Positions 49,866-60,459 of a DNA stretch of 64,000 nucleotides are shown one piece after another. Under the pieces are notes generated by a model. It was not told the DNA's origin. It worked only from the letters and a program-made list of their open reading frames with translations, and did not search any database. This DNA is from Perkinsela sp. CCAP 1560/9. Its lineage: Eukaryota; Protista; Euglenozoa: Kinetoplastea. The position numbers and the translations under genes are program-made. Every line of letters starts with the position of its first letter. Position 1 is the stretch's first letter. Location: the NCBI GenBank assembly GCA_965644495.1, contig CBFFSA010000007.1, positions 830,001-894,000 of the forward strand, given 5' to 3'.

Positions 49866-52800
49866 TTATGCGCCCGGCTTCTCACTGACACTAAGTAACC
49901 CACAACGAACTGGTCCTTTCACCGCATCCTTAAGATGAGCAGCAATGTGCTTTGAGTACTTAATTTGCCATGCGTCAAACTTATGTATTTTCAGCATCGA
50001 CCTGCGCTGCTCAAGCAAATTGCTTAAGTATTCCATGGCTACAATAAAGGCATCTTCCGTGTATGGCGCAAACTCATGTATCCCACGTGCAGTCACCTGC
50101 CATGACTTCTCACCTGGTAATATTTCAATATTTTCATTCGGGCAGCGAATCTCCGCACTCAGAGCACATTTTTCGCACATAAACACAGCTCGGTTCTTTT
50201 GCGCGCAATCGTAACATTTAAAAATCACTCCCGTGGTTGGCTCATCGGGGTGTAGCGCACAGCGCAGGACATTACCCTTACAATCGTGCCCATTCGACAA
50301 TGAGTTCGGTGCCAGGACTTGAGACACCGTCGTTAACGCATACACCGCATTACGGAACCGATTTAACACTTGCCAGGACGCCCCAAAGCTCAGCCCATTC
50401 ATATCCCGCAGTGCTACCCTTTGGTACTCCCCAAACACACGCTGGGCGCCAAAATAGAGAAAATCTGATGCGCACGCGTTCAACAGAATCGAACGGTTTC
50501 CCTCGTGTCGGTCAAAGTCCACAAAATCGACCGCTGGGAGAAGCCCAGGGTCTAAGTGCAGATCAAGCGGCATGGATTGGATGAAATCCTCCAGGGAGTC
50601 AAAAGTGTCATCATGACCGCTGAGCGCCACAAACGGGGAACGCACCTTTACGTCGCGGTGGGCGACAATAAAAGCAGGGCTGTGTGTTCCCGTGTACGCG
50701 TGTGAGGTAAAAGGGAGTTGAAATCGGGAGGGAAGCTCCTCGCAGAGGTCCTGGGCCATGGATTTGTAGTGCTGCAGCACAGATTGGGTGTAGTTCCGCA
50801 GTCTGGCGTGAAAAGAGCCATGCTCGAGTACTTTGTGAAAAGGAAGCGTGACAGCATTGCGCTCCTCTCCCCGGAGACGGGCCTCGGCCTCACACGTTTT
50901 GCACGTACAACTGTGCACGGAGCGATGGAGCTCCAGGGGAAGACCAAAATCGTCGGTTTGGAGAAGCGCAGCCATCGCGGTTAGGAACAAAGGCATCATA
51001 ACGCAAGTCTCCTTCACAGGTGATCCCTCTTGGTGAAGTACAGGATGAAAAGTTCCCGCTAGATCATGGAAATCTCCGCTGCGTAGAAGGGCTAGAAACG
51101 TGAAATTCAGTGGATTTAAATGTAGGCTGTTGTAAATGTGAAGACAGCGTGCGACAACGCAATAATTTGTCTCAACCGCGGAGTTCATTGATACGGTACC
51201 TTCGGGTTTCTCCAATAGGGCTTGCTCCTCTAGAAATCGTTGGGTACATTTCGTCCAAAAATGGCACAACTCTGAATCGTTATACTGCATGCTTTTGCTT
51301 AGAAAACTTACTCCGCGGACGCGGTCAGTGTCGTCAGAGAAAAGTTGTGGAGCCTCTTGTAAAAATTCATCAGAGAATGTCTTCAGTCTCCTTTTCTTGA
51401 TCAATTGTTGCTCCTTTGCGGAACTTAGTAGCGAACGCTGCACAGCGGACATTTGAAGTTCCATCGTAGGGTCATTTAAGTGATGTCCTCTCAGATACTG
51501 TAATTTGGAAGTCATGACACGTGTAATCTTTTTGACAGGAATTCCCAACATGATGACATGTCCCAACAGATCAAGGCCTCGGCGGCCTGCACGACCAGCC
51601 ATTTGACGAAATTGCACACTGTTCAACTCGATGTGATCTCCCGCAAGGACAACGGAACGACACGGGCTGTGGATTCCCAAGGCAAGTGTCGTCGTTGAGA
51701 TCATCACACCCAAGTTATGGGTACGGAACAAGTGTTCTATCAGTCCCTGGATACGACTCCCCAGCCCCTCATGGTGAAATCCAATACCCCGACGTAGACA
51801 GCGAACGATTTTCTTTTCGAAATCGCTCCAGTACATGGGACGTCCCAGGCAGTCTTCGATGAGGCTATCGACAGTAGCGGAGTCCTCCCCTGTCCCCTCA
51901 CGTGCGAATGAATAAAAGGGAAGTACGGTAGGTATTTCGCGCAGCATCTCCTGCATCTCACCATGCTCATCTTTTTCCACTCGAAAGTCTCCTTTATCTT
52001 TCCCTTCCTCCCCTTCCTCCTTACTCTTACTTTGACGCGTTCTGCTTGACTTTGTCTTTTCTTGTATCGCAAGCTGTTTTTTCAGGTTCTCTATTTCCTC
52101 AAGCATGAGGTGAAACTCATCGCTCTGGCGGTAGATTGACTCACTCAGCTCCAGCTGCTCACACAACTGAAAGGCGAGTTGTTCACATTTGCTGATGTCG
52201 AAATTAAACACAATGCAGGGCAGCATCTGACGCGTATTCAGGGTGACCAAAAGTTCCAGGAGGTACGCATCCACGTACGACTGAGTTTCTGGAATCTCTG
52301 TATGAGTATGACGTAGCGGCATCAATAAAAACGGTACATCTAAATCCCCCAAAAGGGCGAAAGGAAGAGTAAAATCAGTTCTCAATTCCGCGACGGTATC
52401 AGCGCAACAGTCTGGCAAAGATGGTTTTTCAGCATCCTTGCAGCAAATCCAATGAGCGCATAGCAATAGCTTATATTGGTTGAGATTCGTCTCATTGGAG
52501 TCATGCGAAAAGAATTTCGTGGGTTTAAGGAATTCAAACGATCTCGCTTTGGGATCATTAAGCGCCATGGCAGAATAAAACGTGGCTAACATCTGAGGGC
52601 ACATAGCAGCATTTTCTTCAGATGAATCTCGCGTTTCAGAGTGAGGAAGATTGTCTTCATAAATTCTGCGGATAAAAGCTCCGATATTCCCTGAAATATT
52701 TCGAGATGATGGCACCCCAAGTTTCTCGACGACCTCTTTCAACATGTCCGCTCGCTTTGAATCATGAATACTTGAGCGCTCCCAGTGCACTAAGACTCCG

Positions 52801-55800
52801 GCAAGAAGATATTCATAAAGTTCAATTTTTTGAGGCAAAGGTTCAGGATCTGTTGAAAAAAATGAATTTGGCAAAAGTGCATCAAGTAGATCATCTTCTT
52901 CCTCTTGAGCTTCCGACATCGCGTTGTACACTTCAATAGCAGTTGGTGGAATCACAAAAGTTGTACCTGATCCCAAATCAGAGAATACCGCAACGCAAGC
53001 CTTGCGATACTCCTTCTCGGATTTCGAATTTTCAACCCAAAACATGAACTCTTTGGTCAACTCATTTTCATAATCCCGTGCATTGCTCTGCGACACAAGC
53101 GGGCCTTTATTTTCAAAGTACTTTTCCGGTTCCAAGTCCTGAAGTCGATCGTAGGATATGGGCATTGTTTTCTTCCGACAATTCAGCTTCATGATGTCAT
53201 ACAGCTGCAGAGCCTCTTGGGGTAAAAATGGCATGTCCTGCGGAAAAAGGTTATCGTCCAGTAATTTTCGTAAGGAGAGCAGACTCATGGGATGCACTCG
53301 CATTAACCCGTCGTGGTGGTAATGTTCGTCCAGCATGCCGTTTGCATCGTACGCTTTAGCGCGACCGTCTTTAGTTTGTATGTGGCGGGTGGGTCGGAAG
53401 ACATACTTGGCGAGATCACTCCAACGATGAACAACCTCCCCCTTGCGTGGCACAAGGTTCACTTTAAACCGTCGGGCATATGGATATGACTTTTCTTTCA
53501 TTGTGATAATTTCGGGAATAGCAGCCTTATTTCTTAACTCGTATTGTCGCTTTGCGCCATCTTGGACTTCTTGAAGCCACGATGCCAGCGCATCGGGATT
53601 CGCGACAGTAGCTGAAAGCGCAATGAAGGGAGCTCGTATCAAAACTAAGAGTCTCTCCCAAACACCACCGCTGCGAAGGTCATCAATGCTGTGTATCTCA
53701 TCAAAAATGACATACTGAACACGTTGGATAAGCTGCTGGTCTTCCAAACGGGGACTCAAGAGTAAGTGTTCAAAAGCCTCGGGAATAGTAACCAAAGCTT
53801 GGCACTTTTCCACCATAAATGCGTAGTCCTCAAGTACGCCATACACGTTCCACCCAGTTTCGTATTTCTTAGCAGGATACTTTGCATAGATACTTGCCAG
53901 AGCCTGGCGGAGTAGTGCTTTCGTAGGACAAACATAGACAACCAGACCTGGAGGACTCACCACGCCAAGTGAGGGGTGCGGGGCCACGGCAAGTTTGATG
54001 CAGTAAAACGACACAAACGTTTTCCCTGAGGACGTCGGGGTGCACACAATCGCACTCTCTCTACTATCTACAATGTCCAAAAGGTCAGCTTGCCAGGAAT
54101 CCGGGTGGAAAGGCACACGTGGAGGGTCCACACGATCCCCAGTGGACTGTGAACGTTGCAGCTGATCTCCCATCACACTCATTTGAAATCGCACTGAGCT
54201 CATGCCTACGTAGTAGGTCTGAATGTCAGGCACGAAGAGCGAGGGTTGCGGGAGAACAATGCCTTTCGCCTTCCATGAATCTTCCCACGCTTGTACATTG
54301 TCTTTTAATCCCATAATGCTGAGACGATCGCGCAGGTCCCGTAAATAGCTTTTCGTCTTTTTTCGTTCTGCATCGGTAACAACGTGATGCGCGTTCTCTT
54401 CAATCACCTCGCGTGCCTTATGAATAGTAGAAAAGAGGAGGGTTGCTTTCTTTCGGTTGGGCTCTCGGTGTTCCGCTGTCGATTGATCTATTTCAGCTGC
54501 CCATAACTTTTCCGCTTCCGGAACAAGAAAGTTATAGGCTCCCATCACAAGATGGTAGTATGACAAAGCAGAATTAAAGATGATGGCATCTACGTCGGGT
54601 CCTTTGGGGATGCGGATTATCTCTTTTTGGTATTGCTTGCTTGCAGTACGACAATCGGCGATGAAATTGTTTAATGATTCGAATCCCTGGAGAAAAGGCT
54701 TTGCATGAAATTCACTTTCCAAATTCGAAAACCGGAGCTTGCGTTTTTCAATATCCTGTTGGACACGATCATAGGTGTTGCGAATCATAATGTTGCGTTC
54801 GGATCCCTTCACAGTCAGTTTCGCATCGGTGTCTCTCCAGGTCAGGTCGTAAGGTTTCTCAAACAGAGTCTTCGCATTAGAGTGGACTCGGTGAAAGAAC
54901 TTTTCTCTTTTGCTGACCAGGTTGTCTGGCGCGGAGTATATTTCATCAATCTTTCTAAGGCACTCGCCTTTGTGCGATTTCCAGAGTTGAAACGGGGAGG
55001 TCCTATGATCCAAAGCAGCTGATGGATACGCCGCATTGCCATCTTCGTCAGCTTCTACAAATATCTTACGGCTTTCCCAAATAGGGAGGATAGAAGATTG
55101 TCCAGATAATGAGCGCCACATGTCATCTACGGCCTGTTGCATATCAATTTCCAGGTGTAATGACTGCTCGTGAGCATCCTGCACGACGCGAAGGAATAGA
55201 CGACTATCAAAAAGATCGGCCATAGTGGTGTCCGTAGGAAGAAGGACCGTGTCCACGAGCGTCAGTGCGGCTTCACACACTTTTTCGAGAAACTCGCTTA
55301 TTTCATCGGACAGACACGGGGAGCAGTGCTTGACCTCCAGACAGCGCTGCTTAATGTGAAGATGTTGAAGAAGCACAAGGTGAATCACGAAGCACTTTGC
55401 GAGTTCAGCGAAACTTTCTTGGGTTTGGTCCAATACAAAACGCAGGGCTACACCCATAATATGACACCGCTGTGTGCCTGACACAAACGGTTCCTCACTG
55501 CACGCAGGTCGTAATGCGGTCGAAACCCCCGCCATCTTTTGCGACATTAACCGCGCGATTTCATCACACACATTGTCCGGCAAGTCACGATGCAGTTCCC
55601 GCCACACAAACCCCACCGCACTACAATCCTTAAACACCAACCGGGACGTAAACACCACCGGGACCTTTAACGCCTTGATCAAATACACACACTGCATCCG
55701 TAGCTGTGTCTGCGCGTTACGCTTCCCCGCCTCCTCACCTCCCCTCTCCACCGGGGCCATCTCCTCCCCATCACTCACCAGCACAAACTCCACCATCCGT

Positions 55801-56243
55801 CGCGCACACAGCGCCGCGAAGGAGTTCTTTCCCGAGCTCCACCAATCCGCAAAGCTGTGGGTCTCCAGGCCCCCTTGTGTTTGCAGCGCATGGCTTTGCA
55901 GATGCTTCCAGGCGGCCTCGCGGATGAGCTGCAGGGTGGGGCTCGCGGCCCACCACCACCGGTTGCAGTGAAAGCTTACTAAGGCAAAGGCCCCGCCGCG
56001 TTGCTGGAACTGCCGCAGGGTGCGCTCCAGGTTGTAGAGCACGTGGAGGGGCTGGGGGAGGGACCAGCTGACATTGGGGTGGGCGAGCGCGGAGAGGAGT
56101 AGGGCGTCGAAGTCGATCAGGAAGCTCTCCCCGGCGTACATGTGTTTGAACAGGTCGTAGCGCTGGGGGAGGGCTTTGGCGTAGGCGTGGGTGATGGAGG
56201 AGGGGAGGGGATCGGGAGGGGTTGTTGGGAAGGGAGGGGACAT
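49866..56243 (-). CDS. DDX60: DDX60-like Ski2-family RNA helicase
   Basis: FHPDSWQ, PTSSGKT, PTKAL, FDEIH, LSAT, RGIGFHH, TLALGIHSPC, QMAGRAGRRG, plus a DDX60-type N-terminus (YAGESFLIDFDALL). Confidence 0.88.
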   Translation of the reverse strand: MSPPFPTTPPDPLPSSITHAYAKALPQRYDLFKHMYAGESFLIDFDALLLSALAHPNVSWSLPQPLHVLYNLERTLRQFQQRGGAFALVSFHCNRWWWAASPTLQLIREAAWKHLQSHALQTQGGLETHSFADWWSSGKNSFAALCARRMVEFVLVSDGEEMAPVERGGEEAGKRNAQTQLRMQCVYLIKALKVPVVFTSRLVFKDCSAVGFVWRELHRDLPDNVCDEIARLMSQKMAGVSTALRPACSEEPFVSGTQRCHIMGVALRFVLDQTQESFAELAKCFVIHLVLLQHLHIKQRCLEVKHCSPCLSDEISEFLEKVCEAALTLVDTVLLPTDTTMADLFDSRLFLRVVQDAHEQSLHLEIDMQQAVDDMWRSLSGQSSILPIWESRKIFVEADEDGNAAYPSAALDHRTSPFQLWKSHKGECLRKIDEIYSAPDNLVSKREKFFHRVHSNAKTLFEKPYDLTWRDTDAKLTVKGSERNIMIRNTYDRVQQDIEKRKLRFSNLESEFHAKPFLQGFESLNNFIADCRTASKQYQKEIIRIPKGPDVDAIIFNSALSYYHLVMGAYNFLVPEAEKLWAAEIDQSTAEHREPNRKKATLLFSTIHKAREVIEENAHHVVTDAERKKTKSYLRDLRDRLSIMGLKDNVQAWEDSWKAKGIVLPQPSLFVPDIQTYYVGMSSVRFQMSVMGDQLQRSQSTGDRVDPPRVPFHPDSWQADLLDIVDSRESAIVCTPTSSGKTFVSFYCIKLAVAPHPSLGVVSPPGLVVYVCPTKALLRQALASIYAKYPAKKYETGWNVYGVLEDYAFMVEKCQALVTIPEAFEHLLLSPRLEDQQLIQRVQYVIFDEIHSIDDLRSGGVWERLLVLIRAPFIALSATVANPDALASWLQEVQDGAKRQYELRNKAAIPEIITMKEKSYPYARRFKVNLVPRKGEVVHRWSDLAKYVFRPTRHIQTKDGRAKAYDANGMLDEHYHHDGLMRVHPMSLLSLRKLLDDNLFPQDMPFLPQEALQLYDIMKLNCRKKTMPISYDRLQDLEPEKYFENKGPLVSQSNARDYENELTKEFMFWVENSKSEKEYRKACVAVFSDLGSGTTFVIPPTAIEVYNAMSEAQEEEDDLLDALLPNSFFSTDPEPLPQKIELYEYLLAGVLVHWERSSIHDSKRADMLKEVVEKLGVPSSRNISGNIGAFIRRIYEDNLPHSETRDSSEENAAMCPQMLATFYSAMALNDPKARSFEFLKPTKFFSHDSNETNLNQYKLLLCAHWICCKDAEKPSLPDCCADTVAELRTDFTLPFALLGDLDVPFLLMPLRHTHTEIPETQSYVDAYLLELLVTLNTRQMLPCIVFNFDISKCEQLAFQLCEQLELSESIYRQSDEFHLMLEEIENLKKQLAIQEKTKSSRTRQSKSKEEGEEGKDKGDFRVEKDEHGEMQEMLREIPTVLPFYSFAREGTGEDSATVDSLIEDCLGRPMYWSDFEKKIVRCLRRGIGFHHEGLGSRIQGLIEHLFRTHNLGVMISTTTLALGIHSPCRSVVLAGDHIELNSVQFRQMAGRAGRRGLDLLGHVIMLGIPVKKITRVMTSKLQYLRGHHLNDPTMELQMSAVQRSLLSSAKEQQLIKKRRLKTFSDEFLQEAPQLFSDDTDRVRGVSFLSKSMQYNDSELCHFWTKCTQRFLEEQALLEKPEGTVSMNSAVETNYCVVARCLHIYNSLHLNPLNFTFLALLRSGDFHDLAGTFHPVLHQEGSPVKETCVMMPLFLTAMAALLQTDDFGLPLELHRSVHSCTCKTCEAEARLRGEERNAVTLPFHKVLEHGSFHARLRNYTQSVLQHYKSMAQDLCEELPSRFQLPFTSHAYTGTHSPAFIVAHRDVKVRSPFVALSGHDDTFDSLEDFIQSMPLDLHLDPGLLPAVDFVDFDRHEGNRSILLNACASDFLYFGAQRVFGEYQRVALRDMNGLSFGASWQVLNRFRNAVYALTTVSQVLAPNSLSNGHDCKGNVLRCALHPDEPTTGVIFKCYDCAQKNRAVFMCEKCALSAEIRCPNENIEILPGEKSWQVTARGIHEFAPYTEDAFIVAMEYLSNLLEQRRSMLKIHKFDAWQIKYSKHIAAHLKDAVKGPVRCGLLSVSEKPGA

Positions 56244-56570
56244 GGAGAGAAGGGGGGGGGGTGGGGGAAGAAAGAGGTTGTAGTTTTAGAGAAAGCTGTG
56301 GAGATGTTGATAAAGGTGGGTTAATAAATAAAGGTGTTGTGGGAGATTGTGTGATAAAGATTATACAAGTTATGTACAACGTTTTCATCTTAATCGCTTT
56401 CATTCTATTTCGAATGCGGATCAACAGACCTAAAAAATGTTCGATGTAAGGATAGATAAACGTACATCTAAATCCAAATGGATTTATCCGGCTGTGGGAT
56501 GTATGGAAGATAAGTATTTGGTTAGTATTAACCGAAACGGGCACGTTCCTTCTCGTTGGTTCATGGAGTA

Positions 56571-58301
56571 TCACATAGCGGATGCCGCCTCTGTATGCTC
56601 AGATCCCACTGCACCGCCGATTTGAGGTGCCGTGGGATCTTGTTCCCGGTCGCGCTGTCTTTCGAGCCACGCTTTTCTGCGCTCTTTTTGTGCCTGAATA
56701 ACTTCCTGGAGTGCTGGTGGTAATTTCTGAATGTGTGCCTTTTGACGACAAACACTCTGTGTTTTTCGTGCTATACGTTGCACCAGTCGAGGATCCTCGA
56801 TCTGCAGCGCATGTAGCGTTTGAAACAGTAGGGCCAGATCATTGATTTTTAATTTCATCCACAGCAAACAGGCACAGGAGTGGTACCAACGGAGGAACAC
56901 ACGCTCACGGCATCCGGCGTCGAAACAAACTCGAGCGACGGCACTCGCCGTCATAAAGTCTTTTGCATGTTGTACAATAACAATTCTGGCTATTTTCAGC
57001 AACGCATCAGACTTGGTACACTGCAGGCGCAGAAAACTAATGAGCAGGTTCGCCGCCTGCGCGGGTGTCATATTATCGGAGATCGCCACGACGTGATCTA
57101 CCATGCGGTTGACTAACTTGTGTTCGCTTGCCCCCGCTAGCTGAGAGAGAAAAAACAGAATTTCTTCACACTGGCCCACGTGGGCTTGTTGAATCACATC
57201 ACAGGCACGTGCCAAGAGAGCGACAATTAGCTCCTCCAGGGGAGCGTCCAGTCGAGCGCACGCCTGCAGCGTGAGATTAATCCCGACTATATCCATATAT
57301 TTGATGCAACGAATTAAGCGTTGTGCAACTGGTTGCAGTGAACTAGCCGAGGTAACACCAATTCGCACAAACCCCAACATGACATTTACAAGGTTTCGCG
57401 GGGCACGTTCGTTACGTACCGCTTCCTCGGAACAACGGAGTAACGTATCCAGGTGGAAATGTGGGATTTGAATCTCGTTCTTTGCCGCAATACTGATGAC
57501 CAGCTGTAACACTGTGAAGGGGACTTCGTCCTTTTCGTTGACCTCTTCCATGACTTTTCCTACAAGGGCGTGAAATAAACGCTGGTCAAACAGTGTCTTG
57601 TCGGCGAGCGCCATTCCCCGCAGTGCCCGGGTGGCATCTTGACTGGTAATCTCCTCTAGCCGTCGATAAATGCCAAAGGAGATATCTCGAACTAACCGCA
57701 GCCGGCTGATGCCTAAATAGCAAAAACTGTGCAACATGGTACATAGATGGTGGGTGGGCATATCCCGCAGTCGGAGTTGTATCCTCATGGTGATGTATTT
57801 CAGCACGGTCTCGTGACGGCACTCGTTAATTACAAGCAGTGCGAGCACCTCCAGCAGGGTGTCGTTGTCAAATTCCATACACACCTCCGCACATCGTCTA
57901 AAAAACCCTTCCACACGCTGCGGTGCCATCCGTCGTCCGTTCATCCCTTTCTCATAGGTCTCATGGACGAGCTGCGTGACCTCTTGTGCATTTAACGAGC
58001 GTACCTCCCGGTCCTCCGGGGTACTCGCCGCCACGAAATGTTGTAATTTCGGCGGCAACACGCCCTGCCGATTGAGTAACTCCAGCAGCGCTCTGTTCTG
58101 GGTCTGGGGGAGGATCGCAATGTGGACGTGCTGGGAGAGCTTCCCGAGGGCACGCCACACCTCCGCCTCCTTTCGGCACCATGTGGCGGAGTCCATGGTG
58201 TGGCACAGGGTGTAGAAATCGACAGGGCTGAAGCGCAGGTGCTCACGTTTCGCGCTCTCTAGGAGCCAGCGAAGGACAGGGACGTGTGAGCCGACTTGCA
58301 T
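56571..58301 (-). CDS. Helical-repeat (RAP/RESC6-like) probable mitochondrial RNA-binding protein
   Basis: ~36-aa repeats such as HLCTMLHSFCYLG, QAANLLISFLRLQ and DLALLFQTLHALQ. Confidence 0.65.
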   Translation of the reverse strand: MQVGSHVPVLRWLLESAKREHLRFSPVDFYTLCHTMDSATWCRKEAEVWRALGKLSQHVHIAILPQTQNRALLELLNRQGVLPPKLQHFVAASTPEDREVRSLNAQEVTQLVHETYEKGMNGRRMAPQRVEGFFRRCAEVCMEFDNDTLLEVLALLVINECRHETVLKYITMRIQLRLRDMPTHHLCTMLHSFCYLGISRLRLVRDISFGIYRRLEEITSQDATRALRGMALADKTLFDQRLFHALVGKVMEEVNEKDEVPFTVLQLVISIAAKNEIQIPHFHLDTLLRCSEEAVRNERAPRNLVNVMLGFVRIGVTSASSLQPVAQRLIRCIKYMDIVGINLTLQACARLDAPLEELIVALLARACDVIQQAHVGQCEEILFFLSQLAGASEHKLVNRMVDHVVAISDNMTPAQAANLLISFLRLQCTKSDALLKIARIVIVQHAKDFMTASAVARVCFDAGCRERVFLRWYHSCACLLWMKLKINDLALLFQTLHALQIEDPRLVQRIARKTQSVCRQKAHIQKLPPALQEVIQAQKERRKAWLERQRDREQDPTAPQIGGAVGSEHTEAASAM

Positions 58302-58477
58302 GTCGTGGTGGGGGATAGGGAATTGTGTATGGTGAGAAAAAGGCGTCCAAAATAAAAATGGAATCAACTACAGCATGTACCGATCGACTAGGTGCGTGCG
58401 TGTACTACCACCTGTACCTTTGAAAAAATAGAGGTAAAAAATGAAACCATTATACTCTATTTCCTCGGACGTATCTC

Positions 58478-58620
58478 TCCGGGTACGTCGCAAGACGTAT
58501 TCGGACCTACCGTTTGAAGCGTTGAGGGGGCATAGCTCTTCGGAGTCAAATGGCCCAAGACATCATCACCATCATCAAGTAGTGGGTACCGCTCGGACTC
58601 TTAAGTAGGAAGACGGTACT
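58478..58620 (+). ncRNA. Candidate structured RNA with GCAA and cUUCGg tetraloops
   Basis: 12-bp stem with GCAA loop (58478-58505); GCTC-TTCG-GAGT (58535-58546) inside a longer stem; GTACCG/CGGTAC stem (~58586-58619). Confidence 0.4.
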
Positions 58621-58660
58621 ATCCTAAGAATGTGCACTCGAAAATCAAAATCGTGTATTC

Positions 58661-58963
58661 TCAGAGTCTCGCATCTTCTTCAACGAAAAACGTAGTGTAA
58701 ACTGTCTCTTTCTCACCCACTACTTCACATGGTTTTACGACGTCCATGGATGTTACTTTAGCCTTGGGAGAGCCCTCATGATGACACCAGTGCATCAAAT
58801 GATTCAACGCCTCTGTAGTCCCTTGAGCATAGACCTCCACTCGACCATCTGGAACATTTCGCACCCATCCGACTACACCCAGCGACAGGGCCTGTTTCTG
58901 GGTATATTTCCGGAAAAACACGCCTTGCACCTTCCCGCTTACGTAAAAATGCACGCTGTTCAT
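58661..58963 (-). CDS. Acylphosphatase
   Basis: VSGKVQGVFFR, GWVRN..DGRVE, GSPKAKV. Confidence 0.95.
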   Translation of the reverse strand: MNSVHFYVSGKVQGVFFRKYTQKQALSLGVVGWVRNVPDGRVEVYAQGTTEALNHLMHWCHHEGSPKAKVTSMDVVKPCEVVGEKETVYTTFFVEEDARL

Positions 58964-59211
58964 TCAGGGATATCCGTAAATACTTAAATAGGTCTTTTAT
59001 TTTCGTCTAAAAGAACCAGTTTGGGTTATTCTCACACTAAATCTCTAATAAACGTTTTTCTCCTCATTAGCACGAACTGAAAAAGCACTCAAAAGTGGCT
59101 AAAGAGATAATATCACTCCAGTAATAAACGTCGCACTCGTGCAGTCCTCCACTCTCGACCATTAAGCCCTACTATACAACCGGTTTCCGACCCCCCCCCC
59201 TTTGTTTCCTC

Positions 59212-59985
59212 TCACGCACACAACAACACCAGCTCATCCTCCACCTCCCTCATCTCCTCCATCGCCCGCTTCATGTACCCCTCATAACTCGACCACCCCA
59301 ACGCCCCCGACAACACCTGGTTCCGTTTCTCCACCATCCCCTCATGAAACCGACTCAACTGCGTGGCAAACTCCACCGGAGCCTTCCCCCCCTCCTTCCT
59401 CCCCCCCTCCTTCCTCCCCCCCTTCTCCCCCTCCCCTCCCTCCTCCCCCCCCCTCTCCCCTTCATTCCGACCCCCCCCTGTCTCTAGCCCTTCTTCCTCC
59501 TCCTCCGTCTCCTCCCCCTCCAGCACGGGTCGCTCCCCCCCCTCCCCCCCCTCCCCGCCATACACCCCCCGCATCCCCCCGACCCCCGCTGCCCTCACCA
59601 CGCCCAGCAGCGGGTCCGCGCGGGCCATCGCGCGCTCGGCGTGCACGCGGCTGGGGGGGATCGCGAGCAGCGCCTCGACGTCCTCCAGCAGCCGGGCGTG
59701 GGCCCGGGTGGGGGCGGGGGCCATGGCGAGGGCACGCACGACGTGGTGGTACGCCAGGGACTCGTCCTGGCGGAGGTGGCGGTAGAGCTGGGAGGGGGAG
59801 AGCGCGATGGAGGGGGAGGCCGAAGGAGCCGAAGCCGAAGGAACTGAAGGAACTGAAGCCGAAGGCAATGAAGCCGAAGAAGCCAGCGGCAGGATATGGT
59901 CGGGGGCGGTGAGGGTGAGGTCGAGGGCGCGGTGGGTGGTGGCGGGGGGGTGGAGGGGGGGTGAGGGGGGAGGGGTGGAAGACAT
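59212..59985 (-). CDS. ENT (EMSY N-terminal) domain protein
   Basis: LRQDESLAYHHVVRAL...LLEDVEALLAIPPSRVHAERAMARAD matches the ENT pattern LxxLExxAYxxVLRAF...LLxxLxxxLxI. Confidence 0.65.
   Translation of the reverse strand: MSSTPPPSPPLHPPATTHRALDLTLTAPDHILPLASSASLPSASVPSVPSASAPSASPSIALSPSQLYRHLRQDESLAYHHVVRALAMAPAPTRAHARLLEDVEALLAIPPSRVHAERAMARADPLLGVVRAAGVGGMRGVYGGEGGEGGERPVLEGEETEEEEEGLETGGGRNEGERGGEEGGEGEKGGRKEGGRKEGGKAPVEFATQLSRFHEGMVEKRNQVLSGALGWSSYEGYMKRAMEEMREVEDELVLLCA
59819..59884. repeat. Degenerate GCCGAAGG(A) coding minisatellite
   Basis: gccgaagga gccgaa gccgaagga actgaagga actgaa gccgaagg..., encoding SAP/SVP repeats. Confidence 0.6.
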
Positions 59986-60459
59986 GGGGGGGAGAGAGGA
60001 GAGAAGGGGGTAGTAGTAGATTTGGTGGAGGAGTAGGTTTGGGGGTAGGAAGGAAGGGTGGTGGTGTGATTGTGGGGGGGGGGGAGGAAGGGGGGAGGAA
60101 ATGAGGGTGTGGGGAGGGGGGGAGTGTGGGCCCGTTTAGAGAGGAAGGAGAATGAGGAGTAAGGAATTTTGTAAATACGAGACAAGCCGGGTAAACTTGT
60201 ATGAAACTAAAGGAGGCTGGATAAAAAATGAAAGAACGATAATGTATGCATAGGAATGTGTTCTTATAAAGGTTTAAGATTGAAGCCCAGCTTTGGTAAC
60301 AGAGTTTGACGCACATTCTAATGAATGCAAACACTGTGTCTACATTTCTCAAGAATATCTTTATATATTCTTTATATATTTCTAAAAAAATAGAACAACA
60401 CTCTTCTCTTATTTCCCTGGTCTTACCCCCCGCTTACACTAAAAATCATTCCCCCCTCC

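Noticed and set aside
58610-58645. AAGACGGTACT resembling the U3 snoRNA 5' end
   Set aside because: It would run antisense into the acylphosphatase CDS and lacks correctly spaced B/C/D boxes.
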